From a virus (Duplodnaviria; Caudoviricetes), in IMG/VR virus record IMGVR_UViG_3300024262_000225, positions 1-24,799 of that record: a DNA stretch of 24,799 nt, one strand, 5' to 3'. Position 1 is the stretch's first letter. Each line of letters opens with the position of its first letter. Under the pieces are notes generated by a model that was given only the letters and a program-made list of their open reading frames with translations, was not told the origin of the DNA and did no database searches. Below are positions 1-8,756 of this stretch, in pieces. The translations under genes were made by a program, and so were the position numbers.

Positions 1-24
1 AACATGTTCGTATTTATGTGACAT
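1..24 (-). CDS. 5' end of next virion-module gene (MSHKYEHV..., runs off window)
   Basis: ATG at 24 preceded by the genome-typical TAACC leader (taaccaaaaacattATG), downstream of the capsid gene. Confidence 0.55.
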
Positions 25-54
25 AATGTTTTGGTTAATTATGTGGAAGGAATT

Positions 55-97
55 ACGCCTAGCCAGTAAGGGGTGTTTAAGCCCACCCCCAAGGCAT
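55..97 (-). other. Intergenic RNA hairpin after major capsid gene
   Basis: Minus-strand AUGCCUUG/UAGGCGU outer and GGGGUG/CACCCC inner stems; possible terminator or processing site. Confidence 0.5.
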
Positions 98-105
98 TAG
101 TTGAA

Positions 106-1041
106 CTAAGTCGTTCCGTTTGATCCATAAATGCAGTAAGGCATATTAGATACACCTTGTTTCCAGAAACCAGTCGCGTTAGTAGTGATTGTCTCACTCT
201 TATCTTTGATTGGTTCACGTAGTGTTGGATATTCTCCTACTCCTACGTGTAGTGGCATTCGTCCTTTAGTAGTATCCATAAGGAACCAGTAGTTTGCGTT
301 AGCCGCAGTGATGTAAGGAGTTGAAACGATTTTCAACATACCTTCGTACACGTTGATGTCCGCTACTGCTGTTGGAGCGATCTCCTTAGCAAAGATACGG
401 ATAGCTGTTCGCTCTGTATCTGATCCTTTCTTAACTACGATAGTGTCCCATGATAGTGGGTAAGGAATTCCTGCTGCATCAGTAAACGCTCCTGCGTAAA
501 TCTCTGCAGTGTCTACTGCTGCTTCGCTCAATGCTGCTGTTGCTGCATTAGAGAAAGTAGCTCCTGACGCCCATGAGTGAGTACCACATAGCTCTACTCC
601 ATCTGGTGCTAGATAATCAGATGTGTTGTCAAATGCTTCGTTAAGCATTAGGAACACCTGGTTAAGCATGTAGTTTGTAGTAGCTAACAATAGTGTGTCT
701 CTTTGGTTCTTAAGATATTCGTCTACTTTTAGAGTCATATCTTTACCAGCTCTTCTGTAAGTTCCTTCTGGAAGAGCAATACCTCCACCAAATCTTTTCT
801 CTGTAAGAGTTACAGAGTAACCATCTTCTAGAGATAGTGTTGGAGGAGTCTCAGTTTCAGCCAACTCTTTTACACCACTCATTGATTCTGTTGATGTAAA
901 GATAGTTGAAATCTCTGATGAAGCTCTCCAATCAAATAGTTCAGTCTTAGCGTATTCCATAAGTCTGTTTTTAGCAGCATTATTGAACACATGACTGATT
1001 CCTTTTACCGCCTGTAAGGCATAATCTGCTTGTGTTGTCAT
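106..1041 (-). CDS. Major capsid protein (HK97 fold, Mu gpT-like)
   Basis: 311 aa; position after portal/scaffold/decoration; DGVELCGTH and WFLMD motifs resemble Mu gpT-like capsids. Confidence 0.85.
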   Translation of the reverse strand: MTTQADYALQAVKGISHVFNNAAKNRLMEYAKTELFDWRASSEISTIFTSTESMSGVKELAETETPPTLSLEDGYSVTLTEKRFGGGIALPEGTYRRAGKDMTLKVDEYLKNQRDTLLLATTNYMLNQVFLMLNEAFDNTSDYLAPDGVELCGTHSWASGATFSNAATAALSEAAVDTAEIYAGAFTDAAGIPYPLSWDTIVVKKGSDTERTAIRIFAKEIAPTAVADINVYEGMLKIVSTPYITAANANYWFLMDTTKGRMPLHVGVGEYPTLREPIKDKSETITTNATGFWKQGVSNMPYCIYGSNGTT

Positions 1042-1071
1042 ATTAGATTTAAGTTAAATAATGATTCCCAC

Positions 1072-1470
1072 TTAGAATAGTGGTTTGTTGATACGTACAG
1101 TAACTCCTGAAACTGAACCAACTGTTCCAGCGTTCTCTGAAATGTCTACTTTTAGAACGTCTGTAGCAGAAGATCCCACATCAATAAGTTGTGCATCTGT
1201 TAGGTCAACCTCTGTTCCTCTTTGAGTAATAGCGAAAACTGCATCTGCTGTACCCTCAAGTGTGAAGTCATTACCAACTGTTAGTTCACAAACTGTTTCA
1301 CCAGCTGCTGAACCTTTTGGACACCATGCAATAGCTGTTGTCGCTGCAACTGCGTCTACTGCAAGCCCGTTAGTCATTCCAGCGAAATCTCCTGCTGGGA
1401 TAACCGTAGCCGAAGCGATAGGAACACGAGTTGTTCTCAATTGCTCACCATCTACTAATGTAAAAGCCAT
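1072..1470 (-). CDS. Capsid decoration/cement protein
   Basis: 132 aa, A/G/T/V-rich beta-type sequence between scaffold and capsid genes. Confidence 0.65.
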   Translation of the reverse strand: MAFTLVDGEQLRTTRVPIASATVIPAGDFAGMTNGLAVDAVAATTAIAWCPKGSAAGETVCELTVGNDFTLEGTADAVFAITQRGTEVDLTDAQLIDVGSSATDVLKVDISENAGTVGSVSGVTVRINKPLF

Positions 1471-1496
1471 GTTTTATAGGTTAGAATATATCTAGC

Positions 1497-2120
1497 CTAC
1501 TCTGCGCTGAAACCTTTAGGTAAGTCTTCGGATAATCTCTTTTCTATAGCGGTCCTTTTATCCTTAGAAATGGTCTGCCTTCTGTTTTCTCCTCCAGGCA
1601 TGAACATCATTCCCTTAAGCCTACGCTCCTTTATCGCTTCATCAGTGTTCTTCAATCCATTTAGCCTTAAAGCTGTTTTAGTAGCCTTAAGTTCTGATAG
1701 ACCGTCGTCCATAAACGATTCGATGTCTGCGTCGATTGACGCTTGCGTAGTGGAATCAATATCAGCTTCCGCCAAGTATCCCCTTATGATTTCAAGCTCT
1801 TCTACCGCTCTCTCCTTCTCAAGCATTTTTCTTACCCTTCCGTCGATTTCGTCTTCTGGGGGTGCTGCTTTTGAAAGTAGAGCTTTTACATCTTCCATTA
1901 ACCATTGCTGGTCTGATGGAACATCCTCAAGCTTGGCCTCTCCTAGAAGGATTTTACTAGCTAATTTCTTAGCTGCTCCTTCTCGGACTTCTTGACGTGC
2001 TTTCTCCTGCTCATCTGTTTGCTGCGCTTTCGCGTCAGGTTCGATGTCAGTCACCTTTTCGGCAACCTCATCTGAACCAGTGGCAACTTGCTCACTGTCC
2101 TCATGTGTTGTGTTAGGCAT
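1497..2120 (-). CDS. Capsid scaffolding protein
   Basis: Acidic N-terminus, helical body, basic C-terminus; start re-assigned to MPNTT at 2120 because the upstream extension is a hairpin. Confidence 0.7.
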   Translation of the reverse strand: MPNTTHEDSEQVATGSDEVAEKVTDIEPDAKAQQTDEQEKARQEVREGAAKKLASKILLGEAKLEDVPSDQQWLMEDVKALLSKAAPPEDEIDGRVRKMLEKERAVEELEIIRGYLAEADIDSTTQASIDADIESFMDDGLSELKATKTALRLNGLKNTDEAIKERRLKGMMFMPGGENRRQTISKDKRTAIEKRLSEDLPKGFSAE

Positions 2121-2146
2121 AATTCCTAAGTTATAAAGTATCAGGC

Positions 2147-2208
2147 TTTGTAAGCCATAGTAGCTCAAAGGGCACTCCACATGCCTTTGAGCCGCTACGA
2201 ACTACAAA
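2147..2208 (-). other. Long imperfect leader hairpin upstream of scaffold gene
   Basis: UUUGUAG-UUCGUAGCGGCUCAAAGG pairs with CCUUUGAGCUACUAUGG-CUUACAAA, using G-U pairs on the minus strand. Confidence 0.7.
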
Positions 2209-2219
2209 TTGTTAATGAT

Positions 2220-2576
2220 CTACTTCTTCTTTACTGCTTGGGCCTTATTCAGTGCCTCAAACAGTTTATATTCCTCATCACACTGTTTAAAGAACATCCA
2301 TAACCTCGCTAATACCTGCTCCACCGCTGCCATCTCGCTTTGTGTTGGCCCCTCTTTAAAGAACTCATGCTCCAGTTTTGTGATAACAAGGAGTAAACTA
2401 TCCTTGTCCTTGTCGTATATATCTGAGAAATTCTTCAAACTTGGTATCTCTATAAGATCTCTTGCGTATTCCATCTTGCTATACGCCATCTTCTTCATAT
2501 ACTTCTTCAGTGCGGCCTCTATCTCTATTGGCTTTTTCTTCTTAAACCAGCCTTTTATCCTATTTATTACCTTCAT
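2220..2576 (-). CDS. Hypothetical protein (head module)
   Basis: 118 aa ORF between portal and scaffold genes. Confidence 0.7.
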   Translation of the reverse strand: MKVINRIKGWFKKKKPIEIEAALKKYMKKMAYSKMEYARDLIEIPSLKNFSDIYDKDKDSLLLVITKLEHEFFKEGPTQSEMAAVEQVLARLWMFFKQCDEEYKLFEALNKAQAVKKK

Positions 2577-2605
2577 TGTAGTTACATTAAATATGCCAGG
2601 AAAGT

Positions 2606-4348
2606 CTAAATAGGTTGTGGAACTGCTTGTCTAGGATTTACCTGTATCCGTTCTGTATCAGCTGCCACTACTCCTTCTGGAATCTCTCCACCCCCTTGCT
2701 GTGGTGCGTCTGGTCCGCCCTGTCCTGATCCACTACCAGCCAAATCAACATCATTATAGTATGCCATCTGCCTATACAGCTCTTGATACTCTGGACTTCC
2801 TGGTGCTGTTGCCCCTAGTTGTCTCTGGATCTGTGTAATCTTCATTAGATCACTTGGGATTGTTCCTGTTCGTGAGTTCACGTAACACCAGTTTTCTCCA
2901 TTCTTTAACTCCTCACTTAATCCCCCCATCGTCAAGCCTCTTGGTAATTCTGCGAAACTTCCATCAGCTTTAGGTATTCGAGTTGTAAGCTGCAAAAGCT
3001 CCTTGCTCGAATTAGGCACAAACTGAGTAACCGAGTCCATTATTATCTCGATCAACTCCTGTGTCTCACTAGCATTATTTTCCATAATTTGCTTAACGAA
3101 AGCGTTGCTAGACTCTTCTTCTGCTATTACTTGAGAAGCTGTTACATTCGCTCCTCGTGCTAAATCATCTATATTTACTCCTAATCTCGCTATCTCTCTT
3201 GCGAAAGTTTCCCACATCATTTGCCACTCATTAGCCAAGCTATTAGTAAGTAGCGACTGTACCCCTATTTGACTAGCCCCTGCCCCTCCTGCTCCGTATT
3301 CCATTGGAACAACAGGCTTCTTGCCTTGAGCTCTCATCTTATAAGCGTAAGCCATCTTCTCCATAAGGTCGTCCATTGATCCTTCTGGACCACTTAAGAA
3401 TGCCAATGGATCAGTGGAATCAAATGTGTGATTAGTTTGTGCGTTGAACAATCTACGCTGCATTACTGCAAGATCGTAGACCATGTCTGCTATTCCGTAG
3501 TTATAAAACTGGTCAACTGAAGGCTGACACATGAACTGACTTACTGGGATATACGGCTCCTTCATCTTCATAAATGGATATTCTTCTCCATCCCAAAGTT
3601 TTATCCTATATGCTTGCGATCCAGCGTATAATGCCATTTTTTGATCCACTATGTTATACGCCTTGGCTATCTCTAATATGTCTTCTTGATCTGTTTCTTG
3701 TGTACTGTTTGTCTGATAGCTTCCAGGAACTCTTCCGAATATACCAGCCTCCTCTAGCTCAGGGAAAAGCTTATATGCCTCTGATTTATCATACTGATAT
3801 ATGGTTGTCAGCTTGTATGCTGGGCGTGTTCCCCTAATACCATAGGCATAGTCATCAACATATACACTTTCATTTCTGAGCAGCTTGAACTCAATTGGTG
3901 TTGAACTGTTTTCGTCTTTTCCTACTTCTAAAAATGCGTCTCCGTAAAAAGAAAGATTGTCCACCATTCCTCCCTTATCCCTGAAGCAACTCATCAGTCG
4001 CCCTTTGTCGGCCACCGTCCTAACACCGTCCGACAGTAACTTCTCAGTCCCTTGAGTTTTAGGGATTCCTTCTTTATTAACTCCGTGAATCTGGAAGTCT
4101 AGAAACTTAAACTTAGATCTAGATCGCCAAATAACCTGCTGCAATACCTTTGATCCTATCTTCCTTGTTCCAGTCGGATCAGAAACCTGAAAACCTTCCT
4201 TGAATAAACTTCTAATGTTATCGTTCTTCTCGTCTCTCTCACTCTTATACTGATAACCGCGAGAGATCATATACAAAGAATCAGAAACGGACTTGTCATT
4301 CATTCCATCCTTATCCTTGGAGATATTTTGCACATATACCATAGCCAC
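2606..4348 (-). CDS. Portal protein (podovirus/P22-like)
   Basis: ~580 aa directly after terminase large subunit; FYNYGIADMV and TASQV motifs; low-complexity Q/G/P tail; start may be ATG at 4342. Confidence 0.85.
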   Translation of the reverse strand: MAMVYVQNISKDKDGMNDKSVSDSLYMISRGYQYKSERDEKNDNIRSLFKEGFQVSDPTGTRKIGSKVLQQVIWRSRSKFKFLDFQIHGVNKEGIPKTQGTEKLLSDGVRTVADKGRLMSCFRDKGGMVDNLSFYGDAFLEVGKDENSSTPIEFKLLRNESVYVDDYAYGIRGTRPAYKLTTIYQYDKSEAYKLFPELEEAGIFGRVPGSYQTNSTQETDQEDILEIAKAYNIVDQKMALYAGSQAYRIKLWDGEEYPFMKMKEPYIPVSQFMCQPSVDQFYNYGIADMVYDLAVMQRRLFNAQTNHTFDSTDPLAFLSGPEGSMDDLMEKMAYAYKMRAQGKKPVVPMEYGAGGAGASQIGVQSLLTNSLANEWQMMWETFAREIARLGVNIDDLARGANVTASQVIAEEESSNAFVKQIMENNASETQELIEIIMDSVTQFVPNSSKELLQLTTRIPKADGSFAELPRGLTMGGLSEELKNGENWCYVNSRTGTIPSDLMKITQIQRQLGATAPGSPEYQELYRQMAYYNDVDLAGSGSGQGGPDAPQQGGGEIPEGVVAADTERIQVNPRQAVPQPI

Positions 4349-4382
4349 GTGTTAGAAATACGCGTGGAGTGCTTTCATATAT

Positions 4383-4411
4383 ATTATAAACCCTTAATTT
4401 TTGTTCGTAAA
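4383..4411 (-). promoter_or_regulatory. sigma70-type promoter for portal/head genes
   Basis: TTTACG-17 bp-TATAAT on minus strand. Confidence 0.6.
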
Positions 4412-5980
4412 CTAATAATCACTAGTTTCTTCTAAAAACTTATCAACAGACGATCCGTAGGCCACCTTATTCTTTTTAACAACAGCCAGCCCCCTCATCT
4501 GCCAAGCAATAATAACCGCCATCAATAAGTCAAAGTGTCGAGTAATCAATCCTACTGTTTTCTCTCCTAAGTCACTATTAGAATAAGCTTTCATCTCTTT
4601 AAGCACCTCTACATCGTGTATCTTGATCAGTCCATCATTGTAGTCTGTCCTGAACTCCATGAACATATTCCGCTTAGTAACACTAGTAGTTTTCCATCCA
4701 ACGTTCTCGGTCTGTATAGTCTGCATCTTCTCTTCCTTGACCTGTTTGTACAGATTTGGATACCCCAACTGTTTCAGCGTAGCCCTCACTGTTCCTCCAC
4801 ATTCATGGTTAACCTCGAACCCATAAATACAATTCCCAAACTCTGCTCCTACCCTAGCGAACTCATGAGCTGCTAAATCGGGTGCAATCACGTTACTAGC
4901 ATAAGTATAAATAAGCTCACCCGTTGTGAAATCAAATCCTGCCAATGTGTTTGAATCAAGTCCCACACCTTCCGAATGATCCGATCCTTGTCCATACCTA
5001 TGATGTGATTGATAACTTGCCCAGTATTTAACTCCAGCCGCTTCTCTTGTAGGCAAACTAGCTTTTCTCATGTCTTCCTCAACCCTCTCTGTGTCGAAGA
5101 ACTTGTTAACTGATCTTTGTGGATCACACATGTACTCTCCCCAGAAATCATCTGAATCGTCCTTAATCTTTTGTATATCCTTTTCAGTATCACGTTCTGG
5201 CCACAGCGGCTTCAGGTCTAAGTCTGCCAATGGATAGATTTTAGTTTCCACTGAAGGCTTGTCCATGATATGCTGAGTAGTTCCTTGATCAGAGATATAA
5301 TTAGACAGCACCATGTAGCTTCCTTCTCTTGCTAGTCCATTCACTGCTTCTTCCCATCTGTCTATGATCCCCTGGGTCACCGTAGAGGACTTAATAGAGT
5401 CTCTGTCTTCCAAATCATCACCTATTAACCAATCTGGTCTATAGGCGTCTTGTATGTGCCCACGTTGAGTCTGACCAACTGTTCCTGATGCAAGCTTCCT
5501 TCCGTCCTTCATCGTGAAGCTTCCCATTGTTTCTTCTCTTTTAAGATCTCCTTCCTTCTCAAATACATCTCCGTATATTGCCCTCACCTCAACTGTTAAG
5601 TTGTATACATCAGTGACTATCTGCTTAGAGTTCTTGAAATCCTTCGTCAAAACTTTAATGTATCTCCTGGACTGATCTCTGTCGTTCAGCAGTACAAACG
5701 TGATAAACAGCTTTGCTATCGTCGTTTTAGCCAATCCTCTTCCAGCTATATCTAAAAAATTCATTCCGTAATACGACTTAATCATATTCCTAATCATATC
5801 ATCGTGGAACTCAGCAGACTTACACTGAAAGAATCGTGGATAGTTGCCACGACAAAATATCTTGAACTTCTTCAGTAGTAATCCTTCAGATGTTGTTCTA
5901 TCAAAACCATACAGTTCCATCTTCTCAGCTGGAGACCCTTCAAGTATGATCTTCTCTATGTACTGTTTAGCGTTTTTCAT
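4412..5980 (-). CDS. terL: Terminase large subunit
   Basis: Walker A-like GRGLAKTT, Walker B LIGDDLE, C-terminal RNase H-like acidic motifs (GSDHSEGVGLD, HFDLLMA). Confidence 0.92.
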   Translation of the reverse strand: MKNAKQYIEKIILEGSPAEKMELYGFDRTTSEGLLLKKFKIFCRGNYPRFFQCKSAEFHDDMIRNMIKSYYGMNFLDIAGRGLAKTTIAKLFITFVLLNDRDQSRRYIKVLTKDFKNSKQIVTDVYNLTVEVRAIYGDVFEKEGDLKREETMGSFTMKDGRKLASGTVGQTQRGHIQDAYRPDWLIGDDLEDRDSIKSSTVTQGIIDRWEEAVNGLAREGSYMVLSNYISDQGTTQHIMDKPSVETKIYPLADLDLKPLWPERDTEKDIQKIKDDSDDFWGEYMCDPQRSVNKFFDTERVEEDMRKASLPTREAAGVKYWASYQSHHRYGQGSDHSEGVGLDSNTLAGFDFTTGELIYTYASNVIAPDLAAHEFARVGAEFGNCIYGFEVNHECGGTVRATLKQLGYPNLYKQVKEEKMQTIQTENVGWKTTSVTKRNMFMEFRTDYNDGLIKIHDVEVLKEMKAYSNSDLGEKTVGLITRHFDLLMAVIIAWQMRGLAVVKKNKVAYGSSVDKFLEETSDY

Positions 5981-6356
5981 TTTTAGATTTCTTTAATTTC
6001 AATACATGGCCAGTACAATACCTCATTACGGCTGACACAATATGCCCTTCCCATTCACCACTAGAATCGTTTATGCCTAGAAAGTCCGCTATATATTTAG
6101 CACAGTGAACGGCCTCATGAGGAAGCGTAGACAACACACTCTCTTTTCCAAAGCCCTCGTCTATCGTTATGAGTGGGTCGCCACTAGGAAGTGAATTAAA
6201 AGCATTCCCTCGGCTTTTCTCACAGTGCCCTAGTGCCTCTTCATAACTCCAGTCATGTACATATTTAGCTATCTTCTTTGCCCTCTGCTCGTCGTTACCA
6301 AAAAACACTCTTATCTTGTATTCTTCTGTAAACACTGGAACTGTTATTAGTTTCAT
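5967..6356 (-). CDS. Hypothetical protein with HExxH (HEAVH) metallopeptidase-like motif
   Basis: HEAVH plus downstream EWE; inserted between terS and terL. Confidence 0.65.
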   Translation of the reverse strand: MKLITVPVFTEEYKIRVFFGNDEQRAKKIAKYVHDWSYEEALGHCEKSRGNAFNSLPSGDPLITIDEGFGKESVLSTLPHEAVHCAKYIADFLGINDSSGEWEGHIVSAVMRYCTGHVLKLKKSKNEKR

Positions 6357-6438
6357 TTATTATAGAACATTTATTCTTGTTTGTAACCTTCTCCGTCGAG
6401 AGGATCAAGTCAATAAGCCATTTCAGCATTTTTTCACC

Positions 6439-6888
6439 CTAAATATCCTCAAGTGCTTTTTTAATCTCCTCAACCTTCTCCACATTCACCACGGTTACAT
6501 TAGTCTGTTTCTGCGTATTATGCTTCTCGTAGCGCCCTTTAAGCTTATTGTAGATCTCAAGTCCACCACGTTTAGCTGCAAGATCATCTTGTTGTGAAAC
6601 TAAGAAGCTTAATTCGGCATCAACTGATTCATCAGAAAGCGGTCCAAGATCTAGTAGTTCACGTATTCTCTCTAAAAGCTTGGGTTTTCTCAAGTTTTCA
6701 GAAGAGATTGAGGAAGCTACGTTTTTGTTAACTGGTTTCTCGTCTGAACCGTAAGCAGCCATAGCAGCCTTAGTGCCGTTCCCCATCTGTTCGACATATA
6801 GGTTACAGAAGAGTTCTTCTTGTTCAGATAGTATTTCGCCTGACTTGGTTTTTCCTGTTAATGGTGTCTCTCTAGTTCTTTTCGGCAT
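6439..6888 (-). CDS. terS: Terminase small subunit
   Basis: LSEQEELFCNLYV...NGTKAAMAAYG...ASSISSENLRKP matches the Terminase_2 HTH pattern. Confidence 0.88.
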   Translation of the reverse strand: MPKRTRETPLTGKTKSGEILSEQEELFCNLYVEQMGNGTKAAMAAYGSDEKPVNKNVASSISSENLRKPKLLERIRELLDLGPLSDESVDAELSFLVSQQDDLAAKRGGLEIYNKLKGRYEKHNTQKQTNVTVVNVEKVEEIKKALEDI

Positions 6889-7198
6889 CTATAAGTTGTT
6901 TAAGTTTTTGTGGGATAAATGAAAAGTTAACCATTCCTACATAGTAATCTTTGTAGGGCATTAGTCCGAATCTAGTAGCTAGATGTTCCATTACTTGTTC
7001 TTTGGTTACAGTAGGAGATCCTTCTTCTGCGGACTCAAACGTCTTCTTAAGCATTTCGTCTGCTCGTTTGTTTAGATCCTTGTTTAGCTTCTTGATACCT
7101 TTAAGAATGGCCTTGTCTGTCTTCTTTAGCTCGGCGACTAAGCCTTCTGGGTAATCAACTACTACTACTTCTGTTTTTAATACTTTTTTCTTAGGCAT
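6872..7198 (-). CDS. Hypothetical protein
   Basis: Start re-assigned to MPKKK at 7198 (108 aa); upstream part is occupied by another ORF. Confidence 0.7.
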   Translation of the reverse strand: MPKKKVLKTEVVVVDYPEGLVAELKKTDKAILKGIKKLNKDLNKRADEMLKKTFESAEEGSPTVTKEQVMEHLATRFGLMPYKDYYVGMVNFSFIPQKLKQLIDAEKN

Positions 7199-7211
7199 AT
7201 TATTTGTTGTT

Positions 7212-7352
7212 TTATTTAATTTTCTTGAATTGTGGTGGGCTACAGTCACATCCTGCGTATCCTCCCTCTGCACAGTCCTCACAACGCTTTTGTCCACAAT
7301 CTACACACTCGTAAGTGGCTTCCACATCTTCACATCCTTCACATTTTGTCAT
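7212..7352 (-). CDS. Small Cys-rich zinc-finger protein (46 aa)
   Basis: Not in ORF track; MTKCEGCEDVEATYECVDCGQKRCEDCAEGGYAGCDCSPPQFKKIK, three CxxC and one CxC. Confidence 0.75.
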   Translation of the reverse strand: MTKCEGCEDVEATYECVDCGQKRCEDCAEGGYAGCDCSPPQFKKIK

Positions 7353-7416
7353 TGTTGTTTTATTTATACATAGCTTCTTACCTGTGTATAGGGTTAGCTG
7401 TTTTGTCTATATTGTC

Positions 7417-7596
7417 CTATTTACTATTAAGTTTAAATCTAACCGTCATCTCTGTCTTATCCAGGGATGTGCTCTCGATTATTGCCGTTGCATTCGGCCC
7501 GACAGTAAATAACTCAGAGACACCCTTATTCCCCGTAGGATCTCCAAAGGAAACCTTATTACCAGCTGGATCTCCAATAAACCTTTTCCTGTGCAT
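7417..7596 (-). CDS. Hypothetical protein (59 aa)
   Basis: Not in ORF track; MHRKRFIGDPAGNKVSFGDPTGNKG..., internal GDPxGNK duplication. Confidence 0.6.
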   Translation of the reverse strand: MHRKRFIGDPAGNKVSFGDPTGNKGVSELFTVGPNATAIIESTSLDKTEMTVRFKLNSK

Positions 7597-7634
7597 AATT
7601 TACTAATTAAATTTAATTATAAACTGATTATATA

Positions 7635-8105
7635 CTAATTCCCAACACCCTCAGCAGAATCGTATACAGGGCTATTATTCCTGTGCCACTCGTTATGACA
7701 CCCCCTGCACAACCATTCTACGCTAAGTTTTTTTCTATAGTCTTTGTGATGAGCGTGGACATCTTCTGTACAGCCACAAATGAAGCATGGCCCTTTCACC
7801 AGGAAGCCCTTGGTAATCGCTCTTCCAACCGCACCCTTTGCGAGCTGCCTTTCTCTATACCTATCGTCCTCCGCATATTTGCGACGATAATACTCCCTCC
7901 CCATTGGTGTCCGTGACCGCCCCGTCGCCCTATCAAGAACCTTCTTTCTAAACACGTCATCAGAATAATACCTCTTCATCTTTGTCTCATCACTCTTGAG
8001 GTTATGACACCCCTTGCATTTCGAATACAGGCCGTCTCTACCCCTCTTGTCTTTGTAGAAGTTGTCATGCGAAAGCTCTTTTTTACACAAAGTACATGTT
8101 TTCAT
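7635..8105 (-). CDS. HNH endonuclease with N-terminal zinc finger
   Basis: CxxC...FYKD..DG..CKGC N-terminus; PCFICG...HAHHKDY...VEWLCRGCHNEWH core; likely start MKTC at 8105. Confidence 0.85.
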   Translation of the reverse strand: MKTCTLCKKELSHDNFYKDKRGRDGLYSKCKGCHNLKSDETKMKRYYSDDVFRKKVLDRATGRSRTPMGREYYRRKYAEDDRYRERQLAKGAVGRAITKGFLVKGPCFICGCTEDVHAHHKDYRKKLSVEWLCRGCHNEWHRNNSPVYDSAEGVGN

Positions 8106-8242
8106 ATTCCTATGATACGGCATTGCCCCCTGAGTAGTCAAGCTAAACAGGGGGATACACCGACCTCATCTCGCCATTTCTGGCGAATCATCCCTATGAA
8201 AAGATGTATTCCTCGGATTCTCTCCGAGGGTGCTAGGAACTA
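7636..8242 (-). ncRNA. Predicted structured RNA enclosing the HNH ORF (four-way junction)
   Basis: P1 8216-8242 pairs with 7636-7661; P2 8155-8209; P3 8126-8154; P4 8109-8119 pairs with 7661-7670; G-U pairs favour the minus strand. Confidence 0.55.
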
Positions 8243-8254
8243 TAATTTTAAAGA

Positions 8255-8467
8255 TCACTTCTCTTCGGGAACCTTTTCCATCTTACTTTTAAATGTGCCA
8301 AGAACAATGTCCTCAATCTTCTGCTCAAGTACAACGCTGTGTAGCCTGTCTAAATAAGAATTCATTGCAAGCTCGATAGTGTCTACCTGCTCAATAGTTG
8401 GAATCTGGCCTGACTCCATCTTCACCTCTGCTGAGTTGTCGTCTACAAGTTCGATTATTATTTTCAT
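8255..8467 (-). CDS. Hypothetical protein
   Basis: 70 aa; ATGA overlap with upstream gene. Confidence 0.7.
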   Translation of the reverse strand: MKIIIELVDDNSAEVKMESGQIPTIEQVDTIELAMNSYLDRLHSVVLEQKIEDIVLGTFKSKMEKVPEEK

Positions 8468-8745
8468 AGGCTTGGGTTACCTTCACCTTTATTATATATA
8501 ACGCTATTGTGGTTGGCAAGGTCATTTAAGTAATTAGTCATGTTTTCATTTGCCTCATCTACTGTGTCAGAAGTTTGACTAACAAATGTTATGTACCTAT
8601 CACATTCTGAGCACGTTGCCCTAAGCATTACGTTATACTTTGGAATCCTTTTGTCTGTAGCTTGAAGTTCGTGTGTGAACTTTGCTATCTGTGGAGTTAT
8701 TATTCCATCTACGATTTTCTCGCAGCGATTACATCTGATTTTCAT
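8464..8745 (-). CDS. Zinc-ribbon protein
   Basis: CNRC...CSEC; TAACC leader. Confidence 0.7.
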   Translation of the reverse strand: MKIRCNRCEKIVDGIITPQIAKFTHELQATDKRIPKYNVMLRATCSECDRYITFVSQTSDTVDEANENMTNYLNDLANHNSVIYNKGEGNPSL

Positions 8746-8756
8746 AATATATTTGG

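Noticed and set aside
4345-4367. Inverted repeat CCACGTGT...ACGCGTGG at the portal start
   Set aside because: Single short imperfect palindrome with no second copy; cannot assign a role
1262-4876. Plus-strand ORFs antisense to head genes (1262, 1570, 2209, 3574, 4616) and similar shadows elsewhere (e.g. 12118, 15148, 15224, 23656)
   Set aside because: Fully overlap well-supported genes on the other strand, lack leaders and have antisense-typical composition
7636-8242. Group I/II intron or RNase P RNA interpretation of the HNH-enclosing structure
   Set aside because: No matching P7 GACUA/UAGUC pair, no group II domain V, no interrupted host ORF; GAGGAA...CAUAGGG resemblance to RNase P lacks the P4 partner
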